50,734 nucleotides of DNA, from assembly GCA_965178125.1 (NCBI GenBank), contig OZ237745.1, positions 1,302,001 through 1,352,734 of the forward strand. Direction: 5' to 3'. Positions 38,947 through 50,418 of the stretch are shown piece by piece (the first letter of the stretch is position 1; every line of letters starts with the position of its first letter). The stretch comes from Bilabrum cf. latius (Eukaryota). The notes under the pieces are model-generated. The model worked only from the letters and a program-made list of their open reading frames with translations. It was not told the DNA's origin and did not search any database. The position numbers were made by a program, and so were the translations under genes.

Positions 38947-41900
38947 ATGGCGCAGTCCACGTACGACGCCACCAAGCATGTGAAGGCTCTCGACTACCTT
39001 CGGGCCTTCCTGGACCGCCGCGCGAAGGGCTACGCTCAGAACCCGCATCGCGTGCGCATCGGAGTCCCAGGGCCACTTCAACCAGGAGGTGCCGCCCTGC
39101 CTGGCCCGCCGGCCGGCGAGGCGCAGGCCCAGATCCCGGCCCAGGTGGGGCCAGCGCCAGGCGGCCATGCCGCCGGGGGGGGCGATGCGGCAGGCCTGCC
39201 GGCCCCCGCCCCAGCCATCGGCGAGCATGCTCCGGAGCCCCAGCACCAGCAGCAAGAGGGCGCCCACCAACCACCACCTGGTGCAGCTCTTGCTGCTGGC
39301 CAGCAGGCGATGGCCGCCGCCCCGCCCCAGCACCCCGCTGGTCCGGGTGCCAACCTGCCGGTCCCAGGAGGCTTGCAGCCCGAGCCGCCAGCTGGCGATG
39401 CCGACGCCTTCCTCCCGATCCCGGAGCCCCAGCAGGAGCCTGCAGGTGGGCCAGCCGGCGTCGGTCCGGCCCCTCCAGCAGCCGAGCAGCAGCCAGCTGC
39501 CCAGGCTGCCCAGCACCAACTCGTCCCTGGGCCCGTGCCTCTCGCCGAGGTGCCCGTCCTGGCCGGGGTCGGCGCAGGGGAGGACGCGATGGAGGACGAC
39601 GAGCCCCCAGAAGCGGTCCAGGCCATCTTCCTCGGGCGCCAAGCCGCCCACGCGGCCACCCAGGCAGCTCGGCAGGCCATGGTCTGGGATGCTCAGGGCC
39701 AGCAGCCGCTCTTCGGGGCAGAGGGAGGAGCGCCCGAGCTGCCCATCCCCGGAGTCGTGTTCGCTGCCGGTGCAGAGGCAGCCGGCGCCCAAGGCGGTGG
39801 CGCAGGCCCAGACGCCGGAGGGGAGGTCGGTGCGCCACCCGTGCAGGCGTGGAACCTGGTCGTCGGCGACCCGGGGGGAGCGCAGGGAGAGGAGGCCCTG
39901 GCCGTCAACCTCCCGCCCGAGTACCGGTTCGGCATGCACGAGGCGACGGACGACCTCGCGCAGCACCCCATGCTGGCCTACCACATATGGGAGGTGGACG
40001 ACGAGGCGGTGCAGGCCCTGCAGGGCCTGCTGACCTGCGTTGGCAGGCAGGAGCTGCCTCCCGAGGTGTGGAGGGCGCTCGCACCTCCAGTGATGGAGAC
40101 GGTGACCATGCAAGGCATGCGGCGCTGGTGGGCGTACCAGAGGCGCGCCGTTGTCGTCGTGGACAGCCTCCTGCATGCCGAGACTGATGCTGCCGGCGTG
40201 GAGCAGCGCGCGCAGAGGCGCGGCCGCTTTCTCGTGCAGCTCGTTGGCTGGACTGACATCACCAAGATGCTGGAGAGCGAAGACCTGAACGAGGAAGGGG
40301 CTGCCTTCATTCGGAGCAAGCTGGCTTCGGTGGCGGTCAGCTTCTGGCCGTCTCCGATGCTGGCGGAGCCCGGGCTGCACAGCCACAAGCTCTCTCCGCT
40401 CCGCACGGAGTGGGATCACTACATCGAGTACAACCGCGTGGACGAGACGGTCTTTGACGCGGTCGGGCTCTCCGAGCAGCCTCCAGCGTTCGTGTACGAG
40501 GACGAGGACGAGGACGAGATGGAGGAGGGGCCGGCGGCGCAGCCGGCTGGGGCGGAGGAGCATGCAGAGGGCGACGAAGATGCCGGGTATGAGGCTGGAG
40601 AAGGCGAGTGGGGTGGGGAAGGCCAGTGGGACTCGGACGGAGACCAAGGCGGCGACGAGGAAGCGGATGGTGGAGATCCTGCCGCGGGGGCTTTCGGAGC
40701 TGCGGATGCCGAGCTGGAAGGCGAGCCTGAAGAGGAGCAGGAGGCCGCCCCGGATGTGCTGCGGAACCCACCAGACGGCATGGCGGCCCCCGTGGCGGTC
40801 CGCTCTGAGCTCTCCGATGTCGACGCCATGGAGGTGGTCGGGATCCTAGCCGGCGCCGGAGCCTCCCAGGAGGTGCAGACCAGCCCGTTCATGCTGGTGC
40901 TTGGGGGGCCGGTGTCACGGCTCCTGCTGGACGAGCCGCTGGACCAAGCCTACGGCCTCATCGACGTGCTGATTGGAGCCGACTCGGCGACGCAGGATGG
41001 GGTCCTCTGCGGGCGCAGGGGTCTGCAGAGGGACGGGGGGCAGATCAGGGTGCAGTCGGCCACGCAGCAGCACCAGCGCACCGAGGTGGAGACGAGCGGC
41101 TCATCCAGGCCCCGGCTCGGCTACAGCATCGTCTTCAACCGGCACATCCCCACGTAGGAGCGGGACAATCCCGGCACGCCGAGGACTCACGGCGCGTACT
41201 ACTCACCCCGCATCGACGTCGCGTACCTTGGACCGATGGGGATCCAGAACATGGGTGTGGATTCGGAGCCGCTGCGGCTGCACCGCATCCATCACGCTCT
41301 CCCTGCACCAGCAGGGGACCACGTGACCGTCCAATCCCTGACATCGGACGTTCGGAGTGCAGCTCGTCGCTTCCACCAGAGCAGCGAGGAGGTTGGGGTG
41401 CTAGAGGAAGCTGAAGCGATCCTGGAGGGAAGCACCGGCACAGTGCGAGGCAATGCCAGGGCCGTGAAATCCGCACGTGCCACGCTCCGCAAGTACCTCA
41501 CGATGATGCCCAAACAGCGCGGGGTCGGATCTGGCGACGTCTCGGTCTCTGTCCTCCTGGCGGGGGCGGCTGAGGTGCGAGTCGTGCTACCGGAGGGCGG
41601 TGTGGCTCGGGTGTTTGGCGTTGCTCACGCAGGGTCTGAGGAAGAGCAGGCCTCCTTGCGCACACTCGCGAGGCGCTGGAACATCCGACGACTGGAGGGT
41701 ATGCGCCTCGTTGGAACGCCGTTCGACCAGGCCGTGCAGTCGCTCCTGATTGGCATCGCAGGCGCCATCAACTACGTGAGAGAGAAGGAGGGGTACCGCG
41801 GGCCCGAGTTCATGGTGCAGTCGACCCCGAGGACTGCCACGACGGCGCAGGGACTCTCCGCATCGTACGCGATTGTAGCAACCGACTCGCCCGTCGGTGT

Positions 41901-43665
41901 CTCTCGCGGAAGCACCCACACCGAGACTTTGAGTCCTGGAGACCGTCACATGGGCGTGCGTGGGACTGCTGAGCCTGATGGCGGGCATCGCAGCAGGCCC
42001 GGGTACTTCCTGTGCGAAGTGCTCCGGGTCCTGAGCGAGGACGCGGCCCTGCATCCCACCCAGGTCAGCCATCTGCCCCACAGGCTGAGATATCCTGACG
42101 GACTGAAGATCCAAGGGGTCCTGGCGTGCTCGATCTACCGAATCCTGGTCGTCGGGGGCCAGAACCAGGCGGCGGTTGCTGTGATGCGATCCCTGATGCT
42201 GCGACAGGCTCCGGCCGCTGGTGAGCCTGAGGAGGACCCTCCGGACCACGGCGGGCACCCTGTAGTGTTTGTCGACCCTCTTGCCGCCGGGAGGGACGCC
42301 ATCCGCATGGCGACGGAGCTCGGGCAACATCGACCAGAGATCCAGTGCCAGGACCCCGTGTTGCTCTCCATGGACCTGGGCTTCATGGCAGGTGGCGGCG
42401 ACATGCACGCTGCGTTTCCGAGCGTGCTGGGCCTGCGTCATGCCATGGCACTTGCGGGTGAGGCCGTGGCCGACATCTCCTCCGTACCGGGCTTCGGACA
42501 GGTGGGGAGCTAGTTCGTCTTCCCAATGCAAGTGGATGAAGAGAACGTGAACTGCCTGCTCATGAGCCCATCTCTGGGCAGTGTGCAGTTCAGGGCTCGT
42601 GCCAGAGGCGATACGCAAGCTGCCATGACTAAGCATGACTTTCAGCACGTGGCTGAGCTGGTATCGCAGGCCACCCGCGAGCGGGACGACGAGTTTGTTC
42701 GGAAGCTCTTGCCCGCGATGCTGAGCGTATCTCACGGGGTGCAGATGTACGTCGAGCAGGCGTTCCGCTCCACGAGGCTCAGCGGCGACAGTCACCAACG
42801 GCTTGGGTCTCGGCTGTATGGTGAGCTGGAGCGATGCAGGCAGCAGGTTCCAAAGGTGGGGCGGGCTGCTGCGGCCACCATGGCAAGGGTTGCGCACGAC
42901 GAGGCCACAGAGATCGCGTGTCGCAGGTTGCAGGCTATTGGTGACGCTCGAGCGTCGCTTCGCGTCGAATTCAGCATGGCAGGGCCTGGTCTGCTGATGG
43001 GACTAGCAATGGCGCTGGGACTTGAGGACGGACACGCCAGTCTCGTGGATGCCCTGGCGGAGGGAACGTCGACAGTTCGAGCGCCCTTCTTTGACACAGT
43101 TGCTGCCATGGTGCAGCGGGAGGTGGCGCATGCCGTCACGCGGGACTTGGAGGAGGCGGTCCGAGGGGCCATGGCTACGGCGGCCAGTATCGAGAACAAG
43201 GCTATGGCGGCCGAGCAGGTGTCGGACGGTTTGGCTGTTCAGCAGGCGGTCGCGGGGGAGCTGCGCATGCTAGCGCTGGATGTGTCGCAGATGGTGGCCC
43301 CCACCCAGACTGGGCAAGCCATGACCCGGTCCATCATGGAGTCCGTCCTTCCGCGTCCCGAGGCCAGACTGCGGCAGGCCATCTGGCATGTGGCGGATGG
43401 CACCATTGCGGACCGACGGCGAACGGTGGAGAAGGATCCACGCAGCTGGAACGGCCAGTGCCGCGTCGCCCAGGCAACTCTGGCTATGGTGCTTCAGGTT
43501 GTGACCAGGGGCGGGGTGAGGGAGATCACGGATCCGGAGGCCCGCTCTCCAGAGGTGCTTCCGAAGCTGCTGCACGGCGTAGCGTCACTCATTGTGGTGG
43601 GTGTGCAGTCGGCCTCGCTCATTGCCTGCACGGGGCAGCGACCACTCGCGGTTACACGGGCTGAC
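38947..43665 (+). CDS. Element-encoded large unknown protein (over 1570 aa), lacking its own stop and running into telomeric repeats
   Basis: ORFs 38947-41157, 41236-42513 and 42526-43707 share one frame, joined by TAG at 41155 and 42511. Pro/Ala/Gln-rich N-terminus, acidic linker, then globular-looking regions. No domain recognised. Confidence 0.75.
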
Positions 43666-43876
43666 TTAGGTTTTTTAGGTTTAGGGTTAGGGTTAGGGTT
43701 AAGTTAGGGTTAGGGTTAGGTTAGGGTTAGGGTTAGGGTTAGGGTTAGGGTTAGGGTTAGGGTGAGGGTTAGGGTTAGGGTTAGGGTTAGGGTTAGGGTT
43801 AGGGTTAGGGTTAGGGTTAGGGTTAGGGTTAGGGTTAGGGTTAGGGTTAGGGTTAGGGTTAGGGTTAGGGTTAGGG
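43666..43876 (+). repeat. Telomeric tract 2, about 210 bp with degenerate start
   Basis: TTAGGTTTTTTAGGTTTAGGG followed by (TTAGGG)n with a few variants. Confidence 0.97.
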
Positions 43877-43937
43877 TATCTAATATAAAGTCAGGGACAG
43901 GGTCGGGGAAAATTTTTTTTCATCTTCACTTTTTGTC

Positions 43938-44968
43938 GAAAAAATGCGCGCGACGATCTCGGCAACCAGATGAGATATGAGGACCGTTCAAACTGCATCG
44001 GGACGGCCTGGGGGTACAATGTGGGGCAAATGTTCCCCAGGTTCCGTTTTGACCGCGCGGCGACAATATGGCTGGACGAAGATTGTCATGCAGAAAAAAT
44101 GCGCGCAACGATCTCGGCAACCAGATGAGATATGAAGACCGTTCAAACTGCATCGGGACGGCCTGGGGGTACAATGTTAGGCAAATGTTCCCCAGGTTCC
44201 GTTTTGACCGCGCGGCGACAATATGGCTGGACGAAGATTGTCATGCAGAAAAAATGCGCGCGACGATCTCGGCAACCAGATGAGATATGAAGACCGTTCA
44301 AACTGCATCGGGACGGCCTGGGACCACAACTGGGGGCAAATGTTCCCCAGGTTCCGTTTATACCGCGCGGCGACAATATGGCTGGACGAAGATTGTCATG
44401 CAGAAAAAATGCGCGCGGCGATCTCGGCAACCAGATGAGATATGAAGACCGTTCAAACTGCATCGGGACGGCCTGGGACCACAACTGGGGGCAAATGTTC
44501 CCCAGGTTCCGTTTATACCGCGCGGCGACAATATGGCTGGACGAAGATTGTCATGCAGAAAAAATGCGCGCGACGATCTCGGCAACCAGATGAGATATGA
44601 AGACCGTTCATACTGCATCGGGACGGCCTGGGGGTACAATGTTAGGCAAATGTTCCCCAGATTCCGTTTTGACCGCGCGGCGACAGTATGGGGGGACGAA
44701 GATTTTCAGGCAGAAAAAATGCGCGCGGCGATCTCGGCAACCACAGGAGATATGAAGACCGTTCAAACTGCATCGGGACGGCCTGGGACCACAACAGGGG
44801 GCAAATGTTCCCCAGGTTCCGTTTATACCGCGCGGCGACAGTATGGTGGGACGAAGATTGTCATGCAGAAAAAATGCGCGCGGCGATCTCGGCAACCAGA
44901 TGAGATATGAAGACCGTTCAAACTGCATCGGGACGGCCTGGGACCACAACTGGGGGCAAATGTTCCCC
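43938..44968. repeat. 155-bp tandem repeat, subfamily B, about 6.6 copies
   Basis: CGATCTCGGCAACC at 43954, 44109, 44264, 44419, 44574, 44729 and 44884. Confidence 0.95.
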
Positions 44969-45265
44969 GTGATTCTATTACATCAAGCATTGCAAGTATG
45001 GGGTTTGCACACCTACATGGTTGGGTTTGCATACGTACATGGGTTCGGGTTAGGTAAGAGGTTTTCCTTAGGGGCGTTCATTAGCTGTAAATGAGATTTC
45101 TTGATTTCAGCCGTTCATTCGCACTTTGAGTCATCATCATGTGTCATGTGTGCGAAGTTTGGAGAATGGCTGGCACACAGCTCTCGAGCAATCGAGCAAT
45201 ACAAGTAAGTGCTCATCTGGTCGGCGCCACGCCCACAGTGACTGGGTGACTGGCGATCTTCATTA

Positions 45266-45724
45266 ATGTCAGAAAACCAAGTACCGTAAATGATACAGTG
45301 CAATAATGCAAACTCATGAATCAGCAAATCGAATTTGCAACTCCCCCACAAAGGGGCAAGGCTAGGAATAGGGTGTATGTCATATACCGGCGAGAGGAGG
45401 TTGGCCCCGAAAATTGGGTGGATTTTTTAATCATGTCAGAAAACCAAGTACCGTAAATGATACAGTGCAATAATGCAAACTCATGAATCAGCAAATCAAA
45501 TTTGCAACTCCCCCACAAAGGGGCAAGGCTAGGAATAGGGTGTATGTCATATACCGGCGAGAGGAGGTTGGCCCCGAAAATTGGGTGGATTTTTTAATCA
45601 TGTCAGAAAACCAAGTACCGTAAATGATACAGTGCAATAATGCAAACTCATGAATCAGCAAATCGAATTTGCAACTCCCCCACAAAGGGGCAAGGCTAGG
45701 AATAGGGTGCATGTCACAGACCGG
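45266..45724. repeat. 167-bp tandem repeat, about 2.7 copies
   Basis: AGAAAACCAAGTACCG at 45271, 45438 and 45605. Confidence 0.93.
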
Positions 45725-46007
45725 TAAGAGTGAGACTTGGTTGAAAATTATGAAACTCCGAGTAATTCCAGGGAACAGAGGTGCGTAGACATCATGTGGA
45801 AGGTGTAAGGCATTGGACATATTTCCGGGCTGAGAAAACATGGATCAAAGATTCGGGCTAGCCCAAACATTTGCGCAAGTCCCGATAGCTCAGCAACCAG
45901 ATGCGGCATGAGTGCGTTTGAATATGCATTCTATAAAAATGCCACGCCGGGCTACTTCGGCAATCCGAGATCACATATCCTGGAACACATGGATTTCATG
46001 GCTCTGA

Positions 46008-46750
46008 CTCTACCATTCGCCGTGATGCATGCTGGTGGTCAAACTGCGTCGCAGCACATGCCTGTGGGTCTGGAGCACCTCCATGATACAGTCCGAGGGC
46101 ACAGTGAGGGCAGGAAGGGGTGTGAAATTCGACTCCGAGTTCGAAAAGTAACCGACGCGAAAGCAGTCGTGACCCGGCCATGACGAAGCCGCAGCCATCA
46201 ACGACCAGTATCGGCTGAGATATGGACCATTAAACACCCAAATATGCCACTTTCGTAACCCTAGCTATACGGAGAACGCCGATTTCTCGGCCCACAGACA
46301 GGATGTGCGTGCTATACGATGCGGGTTAGATAGGCCGGAGTCGGAACTAGTCGAGACGACGCGGGCACATGTTCGCTTGCAATCCGGAATCAGATAGGAG
46401 CAGGTAAACTGGTTCGGCTCTACCATTCGCCGTGATGCATGCTGGTGGCCAAACTGCGTCGCAGCACATGCCTGTGGGTCTGGAGCACCTCCATGATACA
46501 GTCCGAGGGCACAGTGAGGGCAGGAAGGGGTGTGAAATTCGACTCCGAGTTCGAAAAGTAACCGACGCGAAAGCAGTCGTGACCCGGCTATGACGAAGCC
46601 GCAGCCATCAACGACCAGTATCGGCTGAGATATGGACCATTAAACACCCAAATATGCCACTTTCGTAACCCTAGCTATACGGAGAACGCCGATTTCTCGG
46701 CCCACAGACAGGATGTGCGTGCTATACGATGCGGGTTAGATAGGCCGGAG
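46008..46750. repeat. 410-bp-period direct repeat, second copy cut by the telomeric tract
   Basis: TACCATTCGC at 46011 and 46421; TAGGCCGGAG at 46331 and 46741. Confidence 0.93.
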
Positions 46751-46958
46751 TTAGGGTTAGGGTTAGGTTAGGGTAGGGGTTAGGGTTAGGGTTAGGGTTA
46801 GGGTTAGGGTTAGGGTTAGGGTTAGGGTTAGGGTTAGGGTTAGGTTAGGGTTAGGGTTAGGGTTAGGGTTAGGGTTAGGGTTAGGGTTAGGGTTAGGGTT
46901 AGGGTTAGGGTTAGGGTTAGGGTTAGGGTTAGGGTTAGGGTTAGGGTTAGGGTTAGGG
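46751..46958 (+). repeat. Telomeric tract 3 (208 bp)
   Basis: Direct reading. Confidence 0.98.
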
Positions 46959-49832
46959 TATCTAATATAAAGTCAGGGACAGGGTCGGGGAAAATTTTTT
47001 TTCATCTTCACTTTTTGTCGAAAAAATGCGCGCGACGATCTCGGCAACCAGATGAGATATGAGGACCGTTCAAACTGCATCGGGACGGCCTGGGGGTACA
47101 ATGTGGGGCAAATGTTCCCCAGGTTCCGTTTTGACCGCGCGGCGACAATATGGCTGGACGAAGATTGTCATGCAGAAAAAATGCGCGCAACGATCTCGGC
47201 AACCAGATGAGATATGAAGACCGTTCAAACTGCATCGGGACGGCCTGGGGGTACAATGTTAGGCAAATGTTCCCCAGGTTCCGTTTTGACCGCGCGGCGA
47301 CAATATGGCTGGACGAAGATTGTCATGCAGAAAAAATGCGCGCGACGATCTCGGCAACCAGATGAGATATGAAGACCGTTCAAACTGCATCGGGACGGCC
47401 TGGGACCACAACTGGGGGCAAATGTTCCCCAGGTTCCGTTTATACCGCGCGGCGACAATATGGCTGGACGAAGATTGTCATGCAGAAAAAATGCGCGCGG
47501 CGATCTCGGCAACCAGATGAGATATGAAGACCGTTCAAACTGCATCGGGACGGCCTGGGACCACAACTGGGGGCAAATGTTCCCCAGGTTCCGTTTATAC
47601 CGCGCGGCGACAATATGGCTGGACGAAGATTGTCATGCAGAAAAAATGCGCGCGACGATCTCGGCAACCAGATGAGATATGAAGACCGTTCATACTGCAT
47701 CGGGACGGCCTGGGGGTACAATGTTAGGCAAATGTTCCCCAGATTCCGTTTTGACCGCGCGGCGACAGTATGGGGGGACGAAGATTTTCAGGCAGAAAAA
47801 ATGCGCGCGGCGATCTCGGCAACCACAGGAGATATGAAGACCGTTCAAACTGCATCGGGACGGCCTGGGACCACAACAGGGGGCAAATGTTCCCCAGGTT
47901 CCGTTTATACCGCGCGGCGACAGTATGGTGGGACGAAGATTGTCATGCAGAAAAAATGCGCGCGGCGATCTCGGCAACCAGATGAGATATGAAGACCGTT
48001 CAAACTGCATCGGGACGGCCTGGGACCACAACTGGGGGCAAATGTTCCCCGTGATTCTATTACATCAAGCATTGCAAGTATGGGGTTTGCACACCTACAT
48101 GGTTGGGTTTGCATACGTACATGGGTTCGGGTTAGGTAAGAGGTTTTCCTTAGGGGCGTTCATTAGCTGTAAATGAGATTTCTTGATTTCAGCCGTTCAT
48201 TCGCACTTTGAGTCATCATCATGTGTCATGTGTGCGAAGTTTGGAGAATGGCTGGCACACAGCTCTCGAGCAATCGAGCAATACAAGTAAGTGCTCATCT
48301 GGTCGGCGCCACGCCCACAGTGACTGGGTGACTGGCGATCTTCATTAATGTCAGAAAACCAAGTACCGTAAATGATACAGTGCAATAATGCAAACTCATG
48401 AATCAGCAAATCGAATTTGCAACTCCCCCACAAAGGGGCAAGGCTAGGAATAGGGTGTATGTCATATACCGGCGAGAGGAGGTTGGCCCCGAAAATTGGG
48501 TGGATTTTTTAATCATGTCAGAAAACCAAGTACCGTAAATGATACAGTGCAATAATGCAAACTCATGAATCAGCAAATCAAATTTGCAACTCCCCCACAA
48601 AGGGGCAAGGCTAGGAATAGGGTGTATGTCATATACCGGCGAGAGGAGGTTGGCCCCGAAAATTGGGTGGATTTTTTAATCATGTCAGAAAACCAAGTAC
48701 CGTAAATGATACAGTGCAATAATGCAAACTCATGAATCAGCAAATCGAATTTGCAACTCCCCCACAAAGGGGCAAGGCTAGGAATAGGGTGCATGTCACA
48801 GACCGGTAAGAGTGAGACTTGGTTGAAAATTATGAAACTCCGAGTAATTCCAGGGAACAGAGGTGCGTAGACATCATGTGGAAGGTGTAAGGCATTGGAC
48901 ATATTTCCGGGCTGAGAAAACATGGATCAAAGATTCGGGCTAGCCCAAACATTTGCGCAAGTCCCGATAGCTCAGCAACCAGATGCGGCATGAGTGCGTT
49001 TGAATATGCATTCTATAAAAATGCCACGCCGGGCTACTTCGGCAATCCGAGATCACATATCCTGGAACACATGGATTTCATGGCTCTGACTCTACCATTC
49101 GCCGTGATGCATGCTGGTGGTCAAACTGCGTCGCAGCACATGCCTGTGGGTCTGGAGCACCTCCATGATACAGTCCGAGGGCACAGTGAGGGCAGGAAGG
49201 GGTGTGAAATTCGACTCCGAGTTCGAAAAGTAACCGACGCGAAAGCAGTCGTGACCCGGCCATGACGAAGCCGCAGCCATCAACGACCAGTATCGGCTGA
49301 GATATGGACCATTAAACACCCAAATATGCCACTTTCGTAACCCTAGCTATACGGAGAACGCCGATTTCTCGGCCCACAGACAGGATGTGCGTGCTATACG
49401 ATGCGGGTTAGATAGGCCGGAGTCGGAACTAGTCGAGACGACGCGGGCACATGTTCGCTTGCAATCCGGAATCAGATAGGAGCAGGTAAACTGGTTCGGC
49501 TCTACCATTCGCCGTGATGCATGCTGGTGGCCAAACTGCGTCGCAGCACATGCCTGTGGGTCTGGAGCACCTCCATGATACAGTCCGAGGGCACAGTGAG
49601 GGCAGGAAGGGGTGTGAAATTCGACTCCGAGTTCGAAAAGTAACCGACGCGAAAGCAGTCGTGACCCGGCTATGACGAAGCCGCAGCCATCAACGACCAG
49701 TATCGGCTGAGATATGGACCATTAAACACCCAAATATGCCACTTTCGTAACCCTAGCTATACGGAGAACGCCGATTTCTCGGCCCACAGACAGGATGTGC
49801 GTGCTATACGATGCGGGTTAGATAGGCCGGAG
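46959..49832. mobile_element. Telomere-associated element copy 3, apparently identical to copy 2 (offset 3082 bp)
   Basis: Every ORF-track entry of 43926-46237 recurs at +3082 with identical translation, and the termini are the same. Confidence 0.7.
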
Positions 49833-50418
49833 TTAGGGTTAGGGTTAGGTTAGGGTAGGGGTTAGGGTTAGGGTTAGGGTTAGGGTTAGGGTTAGGGTTA
49901 GGGTTAGGGTTAGGGTTAGGGTTAGGTTAGGGTTAGGGTTAGGGTTAGGGTTAGGGTTAGGGTTAGGGTTAGGGTTAGGGTTAGGGTTAGGGTTAGGGTT
50001 AGGGTTAGGGTTAGGGTTAGGGTTAGGGTTAGGGTTAGGGTTAGGGTTAGGGTTAGGGTTAGGGTTAGGGTTAGGGTTAGGGTTAGGGTTAGGGTTAGGG
50101 TTAGGGTTAGGGTTAGGGTTAGGGTTAGGGTTAGGGTTAGGGTTAGGGTTAGGGTTAGGGTTAGGGTTAGGGTTAGGGTTAGGGTTAGGGTTAGGGTTAG
50201 GGTTAGGGTTAGGGTTAGGGTTAGGGTTAGGGTTAGGGTTAGGGTTAGGGTTAGGGTTAGGGTTAGGGTTAGGGTTAGGGTTAGGGTTAGGGTTAGGGTT
50301 AGGGTTAGGGTTAGGGTTAGGGTTAGGGTTAGGGTTAGGGTTAGGGTTAGGGTTAGGGTTAGGGTTAGGGTTAGGGTTAGGGTTAGGGTTAGGGTTAGGG
50401 TTAGGGTTAGGGTTAGGG
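49833..50418 (+). repeat. Telomeric tract 4 (586 bp)
   Basis: Direct reading. Confidence 0.98.

Larger units (their letters stand above)
31665..43665. mobile_element. Telomere-associated element copy 1 (about 12 kb, coding)
   Basis: Bounded by TTAGGG tracts. Conserved proximal terminus shared with the copies at 43877, 46959 and 50419. Contains 155-bp and 22-bp arrays and two ORFs. Mobility is inferred. Confidence 0.65.
43877..46750. mobile_element. Telomere-associated element copy 2 (2.87 kb, apparently non-coding)
   Basis: Same proximal terminus; 155-bp repeats of subfamily B, plus 167-bp and 410-bp repeats; capped by TTAGGG. Confidence 0.65.

Noticed and set aside
38893-42897. Long antisense ORFs (584 aa and 436 aa) opposite the large element ORF, and similar shadows opposite TRRAP and DIS3
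   Set aside because: Expected shadow frames of GC-rich coding sequence, with no recognisable motifs.
46256-46264. TAACCCTAG as a telomerase-RNA template
   Set aside because: Only 8-9 nt of match, with no supporting structure visible.
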